From Bacteroidota bacterium (GTDB taxonomy: Bacteria > Bacteroidota > Ignavibacteria > UBA10030), in the NCBI GenBank assembly GCA_021813905.1, contig JAKAJH010000009.1, forward strand, positions 7,346-71,345: a stretch of 64,000 bases of DNA, given 5' to 3'. Position 1 is the stretch's first letter. Each line of letters starts with the position of its first letter. The notes below the pieces were generated by a model, which was not told the DNA's origin, did not search any database, and was given only the letters and a program-made list of their open reading frames with translations. The translations under genes and the position numbers were made by a program. Shown in pieces: positions 19,103 through 29,070 of the stretch.

Positions 19103-19867
19103 GGCGGAGGCACGCTTGCTTTCGTCCCACAAGGCGTCGAGCTCGGTCATCGGGACGTCGGCCGGCGATTTGCCGCGTTCCGCAAGCCGCTGTTCGATGT
19201 ACTGGAACCGGGACGTGAACTTCTCGCAGGCCCGCCGCAACGCGAATTCGGGGTTCGTGTCGATGAAGCGTCCGTAATTGACCACGCTGAAGAGCAGGTC
19301 GCCCAGTTCTTCCTCGATGGCACGCGCGTCGTTGGACTGAACCGCTTCTTCCAGTTCGGTCAGTTCCTCCTTCAGCTTCAGCAGTACATCCTCACGCCGT
19401 TCCCAGTCGAACCCGACCTTGGAAGCCTTCTCTTGCAGGCGCCAGGCCCGGAGGAGGGCAGGAAGTTCCACCGGAACGCCTTCCAACACCGATGTCCGGC
19501 CTTCCGTGAGCTTGATCTGTTCCCAGTTCTTCAGGACGGCCTCCGCGTCGGCAGCGGCGGCCTCGCCGAACACGTGCGGATGCCGGCGGATCATCTTTTC
19601 GCTGATTTCCCGGATGACATCGTCGAGGGTGAACGCCCGTTCTTCCTCGGCGATCACGGAGTGCAGCAGAATATGCAACAGGAGGTCGCCCAGCTCGCCC
19701 CGAAGGGCGGGGAGATCCTTTCCCTCGATGGACTCGAGGACTTCGTACGTCTCTTCGACAAGACTGTGCCGAAGTGACTCGTGCGTCTGCTCGCGATCCC
19801 ACGGGCATTCGGTGCGCAATCGCCGGACGATCCGGACAAACTCCTCAAAGCGTTCGGATTCTGTCAT
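19097..19867 (-). CDS. mazG: Nucleoside triphosphate pyrophosphohydrolase
   Basis: CPWDREQTHESL...EETYE, ELGDLL, KMIRRHPHVF, KASKVGFDW, second ELGDLLF; stop codon overlaps the convergent phoH end. Confidence 0.95.
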   Translation of the reverse strand: MTESERFEEFVRIVRRLRTECPWDREQTHESLRHSLVEETYEVLESIEGKDLPALRGELGDLLLHILLHSVIAEEERAFTLDDVIREISEKMIRRHPHVFGEAAAADAEAVLKNWEQIKLTEGRTSVLEGVPVELPALLRAWRLQEKASKVGFDWERREDVLLKLKEELTELEEAVQSNDARAIEEELGDLLFSVVNYGRFIDTNPEFALRRACEKFTSRFQYIEQRLAERGKSPADVPMTELDALWDESKRASAS

Positions 19868-19924
19868 ATCTCTCTGGGTAGTGTGCGCTGGCATCATAGG
19901 CAAAAGGGTTCTGAGAATCAAACG

Positions 19925-19953
19925 TTGTATGTTTCTCGAATTCTTCGTACCAT
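19925..19953 (+). promoter_or_regulatory. Putative sigma70-type promoter of the tRNA
   Basis: TTGTAT-17 bp-TACCAT ending 11 nt before the tRNA 5' end. Confidence 0.55.
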
Positions 19954-19964
19954 GAGTGCGTTCA

Positions 19965-20037
19965 GGGGCTGTAGCTCAGCTGGGAGAGCGCTTCGTTCGC
20001 AACGAAGAGGTCGTCGGTTCGAACCCGATCAGCTCCA
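19965..20037 (+). tRNA. tRNA-Ala (anticodon CGC); CCA not encoded
   Basis: GGGGCTG/CAGCTCC acceptor stem with G3:U70; D arm GCTC/GAGC; anticodon arm CTTCG-TTCGCAA-CGAAG; T loop GTTCGAAC. Confidence 0.97.
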
Positions 20038-20286
20038 CGACGGTGCCTCTGCGCGCTTCGGCGTTGTGCCGGAAATCACGGAAGAGCGCCGGCGCATCGA
20101 CCGGTCCAGGTCGCCGGGGAAGACGAAGTTCCGGCGGAGGATCACCCGGACCGAGGTGGGGCATCCGCGGGTATGTGCCGGGATGCTGGCACTGTCCGAA
20201 GTGAAATGTTCCCCGGATCGCCCGTGGCACGCGATGCCGGGGGACCCTGTTCAATGATTCACAAGGACGCAGCGTTGTTCCAGTGT

Positions 20287-20388
20287 GAGGTCAAGTCCTG
20301 CGCAACAGAACTCTGTCTAACCCCGCCAGATCCGGAAGGAAGCAACGGTCGACACTTCGTTTTGTGTGACGCAGGGGCGCTTGACCTC
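20287..20388 (+). ncRNA. ffs: Small bacterial SRP (4.5S) RNA
   Basis: Closing stem GAGGTCAAG/CTTGACCTC; helix-8 core CCAGATCCGGAAGGAAGCAACGG with GGAA tetraloop; followed by a T-run. Confidence 0.92.
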
Positions 20389-20717
20389 TTTTTTTGTCCA
20401 ACGCCACACGACTGTCGCGTGACCTTTACGGCCTGACCCGTCGGCCAGCGCGGGTTGCGCAAATGCACGGGCCAAACTCATGCTGCCAGCAGCATTCACT
20501 CTTCTCACTTTCATTCTTATCATCAGCCTGATGCGTCAGGGGGAAACTCGCGCGTGTCGCGAATTGGCGCATGTGCCCGGACGACCCGGAACAACACGAC
20601 ACCAAGTGTATGCCCACCGAGGATGGGTCCTCTCCTCGTACGGGACTGTTCTCCGTCGGACCGAACGGCTCCATGCCCCGTCCCTTCGTCATCGGCTGAA
20701 GTGGAAACGGTCTCCGT

Positions 20718-22364
20718 ATGAAGAAAGACATCCTCATCAATTCCACGGCGAACGAACACCGTATCGCCATTCTTGAAGACGGAAAACTCGCTGAGCTCTT
20801 CGTCGAAGCCCCCGGCAAAGAGCGGAACGTCGGCGACATCTACCTCGGACGCGTCGCGAAAGTGATGCCCGGTATCCGGGCTGCGTTCGTGGATATCGGC
20901 TTTAGCCAGGACGCCTTCCTTCATTTCTCCGACATCGGTTCCATCGACGAATTCAACGCAATGTTCGATGAGGACGACGATGAAGAGGAAGAGAACGGCT
21001 CCGGCACCGCTCCGGCCGCCGCGCCCCAGCAGGCAACGGCAGGCGAACCGCAGGCCGAATCTCACGAACCCCCGGCCGACACCGCGGTCAAAGAACCTCA
21101 CTCCGGGAAACCGGACGGCCAGCATCATCATCACCACCACGACGTGAACCTGCAGCGGGGCCAGGATATTCTGGTTCAGATCATCAAGGAGCCGCAGGGG
21201 AAGAAGGGTGTACGCGTGCGCTCGGCCCTGTCGCTGCCCGGCCGCTTCCTCGTACTCATCCCGTTTGACGGCAAGATCGGCGTCTCGAAAAAATTCGCGA
21301 ATTTCAAGGAGAAACGCCGCCTCCGAAAGATCGTTCGCTCGCTCCTCCCGCAGGGATTCGGCGCCATCATCCGCACGGTCGCGGAGGGAAAGGACGAGGA
21401 ACTGATCAAGCAGGATCTGGAAGAGCTCGTCAAGACGTGGCGCACGATCGAGAAGAACGTCAAGGCCGAAAAGGCGCCCGCCCTCGTCTATAAGGATATG
21501 AATACGACCTCCAGTGTCATCCGCGACCTGTTCCAGGACGTCGTGGAGCACGTGGTCGTGGACGACAAGAAGATGTTCAAGGAGGTGCGGGCCTACGTGC
21601 AGTGGATGTCGCCCGACATGGTGGACCGGGTCGAATTCTACAAAGGCCGCGAGCCGATCTTCGACAAGTACGGCGTCGAGAAAGACATCCAGACCCTGTT
21701 CAGCAAGAAGGTGTGGCTCAAGAGTGGCGGCTATCTCTTCATCGAACGCACCGAAGCGATGACCGTCATCGACGTCAACAGCGGACGATACGCCGCCAAG
21801 CGCGAGCAGGAGCTCAACTCGCTTCGCACCGATCTGGAGGCCGCCCGGGAGATTTGCCGGCAGCTGCGTCTGCGCGACTTCGGCGGCCTCGTCGTGATCG
21901 ACTTCATCGACCTCGAGGATGAGAAGAACCGGAAGAAGATCTACGACGAGATGAAGAAGGAGCTGCGTCGCGACCGCGCGAAGGTCACGGTGCTGCCGAT
22001 GACGGAGTTCGGCATCGTGCAGATGACGCGGCAGCGCATCCGCCAGGGCGTGCAGCTGAGCTTCAGCGAAACGTGCCCGACCTGTGGCGGCACGGGCATG
22101 GTGCAGTCGAAGAATACCACCGCGAACCAGATCGAACGCTGGATCAAGCGGTTCAAGAGCGGCAGCCGTGAGTTCCGGCTGGAGTTGCATGTGAATCCGG
22201 CCATTGCCGACATCCTCGCCAAGGGCACGATCAGCCGGATCACGCGCATCCAGTTCAAGTTCTTCGTCAAAGTGAAACTGGTGCAGGAGCCGTCCATGGC
22301 GCCGGACGAGTTCCGCTTCATCTCGGTTCGCCAGAAGAAAGACATCACCGACCAGTACAAGTGA
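20718..22364 (+). CDS. rng: Rne/Rng-family ribonuclease
   Basis: VGDIYLGRV...AAFVDIG (S1), [49 protein letters not shown] zinc link; no long RNase E scaffold tail. Confidence 0.9.
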   Translation: MKKDILINSTANEHRIAILEDGKLAELFVEAPGKERNVGDIYLGRVAKVMPGIRAAFVDIGFSQDAFLHFSDIGSIDEFNAMFDEDDDEEEENGSGTAPAAAPQQATAGEPQAESHEPPADTAVKEPHSGKPDGQHHHHHHDVNLQRGQDILVQIIKEPQGKKGVRVRSALSLPGRFLVLIPFDGKIGVSKKFANFKEKRRLRKIVRSLLPQGFGAIIRTVAEGKDEELIKQDLEELVKTWRTIEKNVKAEKAPALVYKDMNTTSSVIRDLFQDVVEHVVVDDKKMFKEVRAYVQWMSPDMVDRVEFYKGREPIFDKYGVEKDIQTLFSKKVWLKSGGYLFIERTEAMTVIDVNSGRYAAKREQELNSLRTDLEAAREICRQLRLRDFGGLVVIDFIDLEDEKNRKKIYDEMKKELRRDRAKVTVLPMTEFGIVQMTRQRIRQGVQLSFSETCPTCGGTGMVQSKNTTANQIERWIKRFKSGSREFRLELHVNPAIADILAKGTISRITRIQFKFFVKVKLVQEPSMAPDEFRFISVRQKKDITDQYK

Positions 22365-22380
22365 GCGACAGGACATCCGC

Positions 22381-23028
22381 ATGAAATTCTTCATCGACAC
22401 AGCGAACATCCGGGAGATCCGCGAGGCGGCAAGCCTCGGGATCCTTGACGGCGTGACGACCAACCCCAGCCTGGTGGCGAAGGAAGGCAGAGAGTTCCGG
22501 CCGCTCCTCGAGGAAATCTGCTCCATCGTGGACGGACCCATCAGCGCGGAGGTCGTTGCCACGGAGATGTCGGCGATGATGGCGGAAGCCCGCTCGCTCG
22601 CGGCGATCCACAAGAACATCGTCGTCAAGGTGCCCCTCACGCTCGACGGACTCAAGGCGGTGAAGGCGCTGAAGCAGGAAGGGATCCGCTGCAACGTGAC
22701 ACTATGCTTCTCGCCGACGCAGGCGCTCATGGCTGCGAAGGCGGGGGCCACTTTCATCAGTCCGTTCATCGGCCGGCTGGATGACATCAGCCAGGACGGG
22801 ATGGAGCTGGTCCGACAGATCGTGATGATCTACCGCAATTACCGGTTCGACACCGAGGTACTCGTGGCGAGCGTGCGGCATCCGATGCACGTGGTTCAGG
22901 CGGCGATGATCGGCGCCGATGTCTGCACGATGCCGTTCAAGGTGATCGAGCAGCTCGTCCGCCATCCGCTGACCGATATCGGCCTCGAGAAGTTCCTCGC
23001 CGACTGGAAGAAAGGAAACGTGAAATAG
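22381..23028 (+). CDS. tal: Transaldolase (small FSA/TalC-type family)
   Basis: [31 protein letters not shown] (Glu) and SPFIGR (Phe) indicate transaldolase rather than FSA activity. Confidence 0.9.
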   Translation: MKFFIDTANIREIREAASLGILDGVTTNPSLVAKEGREFRPLLEEICSIVDGPISAEVVATEMSAMMAEARSLAAIHKNIVVKVPLTLDGLKAVKALKQEGIRCNVTLCFSPTQALMAAKAGATFISPFIGRLDDISQDGMELVRQIVMIYRNYRFDTEVLVASVRHPMHVVQAAMIGADVCTMPFKVIEQLVRHPLTDIGLEKFLADWKKGNVK

Positions 23029-24120
23029 ATGCTGAAGCAGACGCCATTTGATGCGATCCACCGGGAGCTCGGCGCGAAGATCGTTGAGTTCGCCGGATTC
23101 GAAATGCCGGTGCAATACACCGGTATCATGGAAGAACACCTGGCGGTCCGCAGCCGGGTGGGCGTGTTCGATGTCTCGCATATGGGCGAGTTCGAAGTGC
23201 ACGGCGCGGACGCGCTGGCGTTCCTGCAGTCGATGACCGTGAACGACGTCGCCAAGCTCCGTGAAGGAAAGGTACAGTACTCCGCCATGTGTTATGATGA
23301 CGGGGGTATCGTGGACGACCTGCTCGTCTATCGCCTGGCGGACGGGTACATGCTTGTGGTCAATGCGTCGAACATGCACAAGGACTGGGAATGGCTCTCG
23401 TCCCACGTGAAAGGCAATGTCCGGCTCACGAACGTCAGCGATGCCACGGCGCTCCTGGCGGTGCAGGGCCCGAAGTCGCTGGCGACGATCACGAAGCTGA
23501 CCGCCGTGGACCTGAAGCCGATCGAGTACTATTCGTTCGTGCGGGGTACCGTGGCCGGCGTGCCGATGCTCATCTCGCGGACGGGGTACACCGGCGAGTT
23601 GGGATTCGAATTGTACTTCCAGGCTGATCCGAAGACGGCGCGAACCGTGTGGAATGCATTGTTCGAGGCGGGAAAAGAGTTCGGCATCGCTCCGATCGGA
23701 CTTGGTGCACGTGACACGCTGCGGCTGGAGATGGGCTTCTGCCTGTACGGCAACGACATTGACAAGACGACCCATCCTCTGGAAGCCGGGCTGGGTTGGA
23801 TCACGAAGCTGAACAAAGGCGAGTTCCACGGCCGCGACGTCATGCTCCGGGCCAGGGAGCAGGGACTGAAACGCCGGCTGGTCGGCTTCACGCTGCCGGA
23901 TCGGCTGGTGGCGCGGCATGGGTACGAGATCGCGTCGGGAGGCGCGGTCGTCGGACAGGTGACCAGCGGGACGTTCTCGCCTTCGCTGCAGCGATCGATC
24001 GGCATGGGCTATGTGAATGCGGGCCTGGCGTCACCGGGCGCGAAGATCGGCATTGTCATACGAGGAAAGGAATCGGAGGGCACGGTGGTGCCGCTTCCGT
24101 TTGTTCAGAAGCAGCAGTAG
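23029..24120 (+). CDS. gcvT: Glycine cleavage system aminomethyltransferase T
   Basis: FAGFEMPVQY, GVFDVSHMGE, SRTGYTGE.GFE, GLGARDTLRLEMG.CLYG. Confidence 0.97.
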   Translation: MLKQTPFDAIHRELGAKIVEFAGFEMPVQYTGIMEEHLAVRSRVGVFDVSHMGEFEVHGADALAFLQSMTVNDVAKLREGKVQYSAMCYDDGGIVDDLLVYRLADGYMLVVNASNMHKDWEWLSSHVKGNVRLTNVSDATALLAVQGPKSLATITKLTAVDLKPIEYYSFVRGTVAGVPMLISRTGYTGELGFELYFQADPKTARTVWNALFEAGKEFGIAPIGLGARDTLRLEMGFCLYGNDIDKTTHPLEAGLGWITKLNKGEFHGRDVMLRAREQGLKRRLVGFTLPDRLVARHGYEIASGGAVVGQVTSGTFSPSLQRSIGMGYVNAGLASPGAKIGIVIRGKESEGTVVPLPFVQKQQ

Positions 24121-24129
24121 GGGAGGAAT

Positions 24130-24921
24130 ATGAAAATTGATCTGACGTTTACGTCGAGCTCGTTCGACGAGCTTCAGCTCCGCGACAAGAACATCGTGGT
24201 GATCGATGTGCTGCGCGCGAGTACGACGGTGACCGTGGCGCTGGCGAACGGCGCGCGCGAGATCATTCCGGTCGGCTCCATCGAATCAGCCGTGAAGATT
24301 TCCGGGTCGCTGTTCGGCGAAGTCACACTGCGCGGCGGGGAGCGGAACGGCCGCATCATCGAAGGATTCAATCTCGGCAATTCGCCGCTGGAGTACGGTG
24401 AGGCGACGGTCCGCGGAAAATCGATCATCTTCTGCACGACGAACGGATCCGTGGCGATGACCAAGAGCCGGTATGCCCGCTCCCTGGTGATCGGCTCCTT
24501 TGTGAACCTTGGCACCGTCGTGAAATTCATGGAGGAGAAGAACGAGGACTTCCTGCTTCTCTGCGCTGGACGATTGAACACGATCGGGCAGTTCAGCCTC
24601 GAAGATGCCGTGTGTGCGGGGATGATGGTCCAACGGCTCGAGGCGGGAGGGAATGCGAAGGTGGAACTCACGGATGCGTCGCGCGCGGCGCTGGCGCTGT
24701 ACAAAGCGCATGGCCGCTCGATCCTGAAGCTGCTGAAGAACTGTGAGCACGGCGAATACCTGGCGGAGATCGGGTTCGAAAGCGATCTGAAGCTCTGCGC
24801 GGACGTGGACACCGTTCCTGTGCTTCCGATGCTTTCGGGGACGGTGATCAAATTGCGACGCGACGAACAGCGTCCTGAAAATGCGGATCCGACCGCAGCA
24901 GGCCGGACATCCGGCGTCTGA
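24130..24921 (+). CDS. comB: 2-phosphosulfolactate phosphatase-family protein
   Basis: VVIDVLRASTT, GGERNG, GFNLGNSPLE, TTNGS, FSLEDAVCAG. Confidence 0.88.
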   Translation: MKIDLTFTSSSFDELQLRDKNIVVIDVLRASTTVTVALANGAREIIPVGSIESAVKISGSLFGEVTLRGGERNGRIIEGFNLGNSPLEYGEATVRGKSIIFCTTNGSVAMTKSRYARSLVIGSFVNLGTVVKFMEEKNEDFLLLCAGRLNTIGQFSLEDAVCAGMMVQRLEAGGNAKVELTDASRAALALYKAHGRSILKLLKNCEHGEYLAEIGFESDLKLCADVDTVPVLPMLSGTVIKLRRDEQRPENADPTAAGRTSGV

Positions 24922-24936
24922 GGCATTCATTCTTCC

Positions 24937-27372
24937 ATGGCCGACGCCCAGAATAAGGAACAGAAGTCGCAACGTCCCAACCATCGCCGCCAGATTGCGG
25001 CGTTTGCCGGACTGCTCTGCTCGCTGATGCTGCTGCTGAGTCTCGTGTCGTACACCGCGGCGGATCAGGCCAGCGGCGAGATCGCCTTCACGGATCTGTG
25101 GAGGGTGTTCACGAACAATGAGGTGATCCTGGCGAAGGCGGAGCAGACGCAGAACTGGCTGGGGCTGGCCGGTGCGATCGTCTCGAACTGGCTGATCAAC
25201 GCCACCCTCGGCTATGCGGCGATCATCTTCCCTTTCCTTGGATTTCTCTGGTCGATCTATCTGCTCAATCGCAAGGATCTGCGGCGCAAGATCACGATCA
25301 CGAATTACGTGATCCTGCTCGCCGTGCTGTTCGCGTCGTTCACCGGTGTGCTGAAGCTCTTTGATGACGCTCTGCCGACGGAATGGAGCGGTGTGGTCGG
25401 CCATTTTGTGGCGCATATCCTCTCCCGCACGATCGGACTGACCGGCGCAGTGCTGGTGGTGGGCGCGGCATTCATCGTGGTGATCACGCTGCTCGTCGAT
25501 CTGGACTATCGGGTGACCTTCCAGCGCCTGCGCACTCTCGTCGACGCGGCATCGGCACGGCTCGACGCGTGGTGGAACGCCTGGAGCGCCCGCCGTGCGG
25601 AATCCCGTGCCACTCGATCGGCCAAAGCGCCCTCAGCGGCTCCCTCCGTAAAGATCAAGCGGCCCGACGGTGAGCCGCAGCCGGTCAAACCGATCCCGCC
25701 GGTGAATCCCGTTGTGAAATCGGTGCCGGCACCCCCTCCGTTACCGTCACCGACCCCGCTTCATCCGCCGGTGACTCCTCCATCCGCCCCGGAAGATCTG
25801 CAGGTGGACATCCAGGAAGGTGTGAAGGAAGAAGAAGTGGACTTCGACGAACGGAGGTCGCCGGTCGAAGAAGGAGTGGAAGAAGAGATCGACTTCGTTC
25901 CGCCGTCGGTGGAACTGCTCGACGCGCACCGGGCGAGCGAAGAAGTGAACGATGAAGAACTGAAGGCCAACGCGGAGCTGCTGCGCGCGAAGCTGGCGGA
26001 TTTCTCGGTGGAAATCGACAGCGTTTCCGTCACGCCCGGTCCGGTGGTGACGCTTTACGAGCTTGTGCCGGCGGCGGGAGTGAAGATCAGCCGGATCGAG
26101 AGTCTGCAGGACGATATCGCGCTGGCGCTGAAGGCGCGCGGTATCCGCATCATCGCACCGATGCCGGGAAAAGGAACCGTCGGCGTCGAGATCCCGAATC
26201 ACAATCCGTCGCTCGTGACCATCCGGAGCGTGATCAATTCGACCAAGTTCCGGGACGCGAAGGCGGCGCTGCCGCTGGCGATGGGGAAGACCATCTCGGG
26301 CGAAGTGTACGTGGACGATCTTTCCAAAATGCCGCATGTGCTGATCGCCGGCGCCACGGGATCCGGCAAGAGCGTCGGCATCAACACGATCATCACCAGT
26401 CTCATCTACCGGCTCCACCCGAGCGATGTGAAGTTCGTCATCATCGATCCGAAGAAGATCGAGCTGACGCTGTTCTCCAAGCTCCGGAATCATTATCTCG
26501 CGGTTTCGCCCGACTTCAAGGAAGAGATCGTCACGACGCCGGAGAACGCCGTGATGGTGCTGAAGAGCGTCGAGCTGGAAATGGAGCGCCGCTACGACCG
26601 TCTGGCCCAGGCCGCCGTGCGCAACATCGCCGACTACAACGAGCGGTTCAAGGCCGGGCGCCTGCATGACACCGAGACGATCAAGCACCGGAAGCTGCCG
26701 TATCTCGTCGTCATCGTGGATGAGCTGGCGGATCTGATGATCACCGCGGCGCGGGAGGTCGAGGAACCGATTGCGCGACTGGCGCAGCTGGCGCGGGCTG
26801 TCGGTATTCACCTGGTGCTGGCCACCCAGCGGCCGTCGGTCGACGTCATCACGGGCGTCATCAAGGCAAACTTCCCGGCGCGGATCGCCTACCAGGTCTC
26901 GTCAAAAATCGACTCGCGCACGATCCTGGACATGAACGGCGCGGACCAGCTGTTGGGCAACGGCGACATGCTGTACCTGCCCTCCGGCTCGCCGAAACCG
27001 ATCCGCATGCAGAACGCGTTCATCTCGACGGACGAGGTGGAGCGGGTGACGGGCCACATCGGCAAGCAGAAGGGCTATACGAATGCCTTCCGTCTTCCGT
27101 CGGTGCTCGAAAAGAAACGCGCGTCGGGTTCCGGGGTGGATTCGTCGCGGGATGAACTGTTCGAAGAAGCGGCTCGCATCATCGTGCGTCATCAGCAGGG
27201 CTCGGTGTCCCTGCTGCAGCGGCGGCTGAAAGTAGGATATTCCCGGGCAGCCCGGCTGGTGGACGAGTTGGAGGCCGCCGGCGTCGTGGGACCATTCGAC
27301 GGCAGCAGACCGCGGGATGTACTGTACGATTCCGAGGCTCAACTCGAAGCATTGTTCAAGGCGCTGGAATGA
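24937..27372 (+). CDS. ftsK: DNA translocase FtsK/SpoIIIE
   Basis: N-terminal TM domain, Pro-rich linker, GPVVTLYE, MPHVLIAGATGSGKSV, VDELADLM, ATQRPS, gamma domain LQRRLKVGYSRAARLVD. Confidence 0.97.
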   Translation: MADAQNKEQKSQRPNHRRQIAAFAGLLCSLMLLLSLVSYTAADQASGEIAFTDLWRVFTNNEVILAKAEQTQNWLGLAGAIVSNWLINATLGYAAIIFPFLGFLWSIYLLNRKDLRRKITITNYVILLAVLFASFTGVLKLFDDALPTEWSGVVGHFVAHILSRTIGLTGAVLVVGAAFIVVITLLVDLDYRVTFQRLRTLVDAASARLDAWWNAWSARRAESRATRSAKAPSAAPSVKIKRPDGEPQPVKPIPPVNPVVKSVPAPPPLPSPTPLHPPVTPPSAPEDLQVDIQEGVKEEEVDFDERRSPVEEGVEEEIDFVPPSVELLDAHRASEEVNDEELKANAELLRAKLADFSVEIDSVSVTPGPVVTLYELVPAAGVKISRIESLQDDIALALKARGIRIIAPMPGKGTVGVEIPNHNPSLVTIRSVINSTKFRDAKAALPLAMGKTISGEVYVDDLSKMPHVLIAGATGSGKSVGINTIITSLIYRLHPSDVKFVIIDPKKIELTLFSKLRNHYLAVSPDFKEEIVTTPENAVMVLKSVELEMERRYDRLAQAAVRNIADYNERFKAGRLHDTETIKHRKLPYLVVIVDELADLMITAAREVEEPIARLAQLARAVGIHLVLATQRPSVDVITGVIKANFPARIAYQVSSKIDSRTILDMNGADQLLGNGDMLYLPSGSPKPIRMQNAFISTDEVERVTGHIGKQKGYTNAFRLPSVLEKKRASGSGVDSSRDELFEEAARIIVRHQQGSVSLLQRRLKVGYSRAARLVDELEAAGVVGPFDGSRPRDVLYDSEAQLEALFKALE

Positions 27373-28016
27373 AACGACTTTCCCTGATCCTGTCTGCTTG
27401 GTGTCTCCTGCTGCCGGGGGCTCTTTCTGCCCAGGATGAACCGCTCACGGCCAAAGAGCTGACGGCTCGTCTTCAACGCCGCTCGGATATGATCGACGAT
27501 GCGGTCGCGACGTTCGAGCAGCATGTGAAGTTCGGCTACTCCAGCATCGAGCAGACGTTCGAAGGGACACTGACCTTCCGCAAGCCGAATCGCTACCGCA
27601 TCGAATCGGACGCGCAGACGATCGTAACGGACGGCGTGACGGTATGGGCATATTCGGCCGCCAACAAGCAGGTGATCATCGACCGATACAAGGAAAACCA
27701 GAATTCCGTGTCCCCGGAGCAGTTCCTGCTCAATCTGCCGTCGGCGTACTACGTCTCGTTGCTTGGCGCGGACAAGGGGCCGAAGGGGCAGCAGTACGAG
27801 CTGAAGCTGGTGCCGAAGGACGACCGCTCCTTCATCCGTTCCGTCAAGATGTGGATCGATGCCGGTACCTGGACGATCCGCAAGGTGCTGATCACGGATG
27901 TGAACGACACGGAAACCACGTACACCGTCAAGGATCTGCGGCTGAACACGAATGTCCGGGATACGGAATTCACGTTCACGCCTCCACCGGGCACTGACGT
28001 CGTCGATCTCCGCTGA
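27369..28016 (+). CDS. lolA: Outer-membrane lipoprotein carrier protein
   Basis: Signal peptide; ATFEQ, GTLTFRKPNRYRIE, IVTDG.TVW.Y, FTFTPP.GTDVVD; ATGA overlap with ftsK. Confidence 0.88.
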   Translation: MKRLSLILSAWCLLLPGALSAQDEPLTAKELTARLQRRSDMIDDAVATFEQHVKFGYSSIEQTFEGTLTFRKPNRYRIESDAQTIVTDGVTVWAYSAANKQVIIDRYKENQNSVSPEQFLLNLPSAYYVSLLGADKGPKGQQYELKLVPKDDRSFIRSVKMWIDAGTWTIRKVLITDVNDTETTYTVKDLRLNTNVRDTEFTFTPPPGTDVVDLR

Positions 28017-28032
28017 CGGACCCCCTCCGCTG

Positions 28033-29070
28033 ATGTCCCGCTCGATGAAATCCTTCGTCCGGAACGCGTTCAGCTTCGTGCTGGCCTTCGCGTTTCTGTA
28101 CTTCGCGTTCCGGGACGTTCATTTCTCCGACCTGTGGTATTCGCTGCGCACGGCCAATTACGGGTGGATCCTTCTGCTGATCCCCGTCAACATCGCGAGT
28201 CACTGGATTCGCGCGGTCCGGTGGCGGTATCTGCTCGCGCCGGTCAAGAGCGGACTCTCCGACCGGAACCTGTTCTCCGGCGTCATGATCGGATACGCTG
28301 TAAACAACGTCCTGCCGCGGGTGGGAGAATTCGTGCGGCCGTACGTGCTCGGACGTCTGGAGAACATCTCCAAGAGCGCCGCGCTCGGCACGGTCGTCAT
28401 CGAACGCATCCTCGACTTCACCAGCTTCTACTTCATCGTGTGCGTGATGATTGCGATCTATCCGCATTCGCTCGACCCGTTCCTGCCGAATACCGCCGCA
28501 GTCGGTCCGCTCTTCCTTCTGGCATCCATGGCGGCACTGGTTGTGTTTGTGCTGATGTTCTTCAAGGCTGAGGCGATGATGCGCTTCCTGACACGCTGGA
28601 AGCACCTCGTTCCGGCGCGCTATCGGGCGACGACGGATCACATCCTCGAATCCTTTGCCACCGGTCTGAACGTCTCGCGCTTGCGGGAGCACTCCGTGGC
28701 GATCCTGTCGCTGAGTCTGGCGATGTGGGGCGTCTATGCGCTGGGCATGTATCTGCCGTTCTTTTCGCTCGACGCGCTGGCGGCGAAGGGATTGCATATG
28801 GGAGACGCGGTGCTTCTTCTGGTGATCTCGTCCATCGCGTGGGTGCTCCCGGCACCGGGAGCCATGGGCACGTACCATTCCTTTGTCACCGTTGTGCTGA
28901 TGCGTCTGTACGGCGTGGACATGACGACGGCGCTGAGTTACTCGATCATTACACATGAGGTCGGCTACATCGTGGTGATGGCGCTGGGGGCGGGATTCTA
29001 TCTGCGGGACAGGGCGAAGATCGGAAATTTCATGATGATGTCCGGGAAAGGAGAAGCATCCTCCACATGA
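28033..29070 (+). CDS. Lysylphosphatidylglycerol-synthase TM/flippase-like membrane protein
   Basis: RAVRWRYLL, GYAVNNVLPRVGEFVR, VIERILD, PAPGAMGTYH; alternative ATG at 28045. Confidence 0.85.
   Translation: MSRSMKSFVRNAFSFVLAFAFLYFAFRDVHFSDLWYSLRTANYGWILLLIPVNIASHWIRAVRWRYLLAPVKSGLSDRNLFSGVMIGYAVNNVLPRVGEFVRPYVLGRLENISKSAALGTVVIERILDFTSFYFIVCVMIAIYPHSLDPFLPNTAAVGPLFLLASMAALVVFVLMFFKAEAMMRFLTRWKHLVPARYRATTDHILESFATGLNVSRLREHSVAILSLSLAMWGVYALGMYLPFFSLDALAAKGLHMGDAVLLLVISSIAWVLPAPGAMGTYHSFVTVVLMRLYGVDMTTALSYSIITHEVGYIVVMALGAGFYLRDRAKIGNFMMMSGKGEASST

Noticed and set aside
19965..20290. tRNA-Ala as an integration site for an island
   Set aside because: No integrase, no repeat of the tRNA 3' end noticed, and the flanking genes are core housekeeping.
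20038..20395. Large Alu-containing SRP RNA
   Set aside because: The small-SRP stem closes at 20287/20388 and is followed directly by a T-run, leaving no 3' strand to pair with an Alu domain.
23000..23030. Glycine riboswitch before gcvT
   Set aside because: The gcvT ATG directly follows the tal stop codon, leaving no leader.
24130..24921. comB as evidence of coenzyme M synthesis
   Set aside because: ComB-family phosphatases are widespread in bacteria, and no comA/comC/comDE is in the window.
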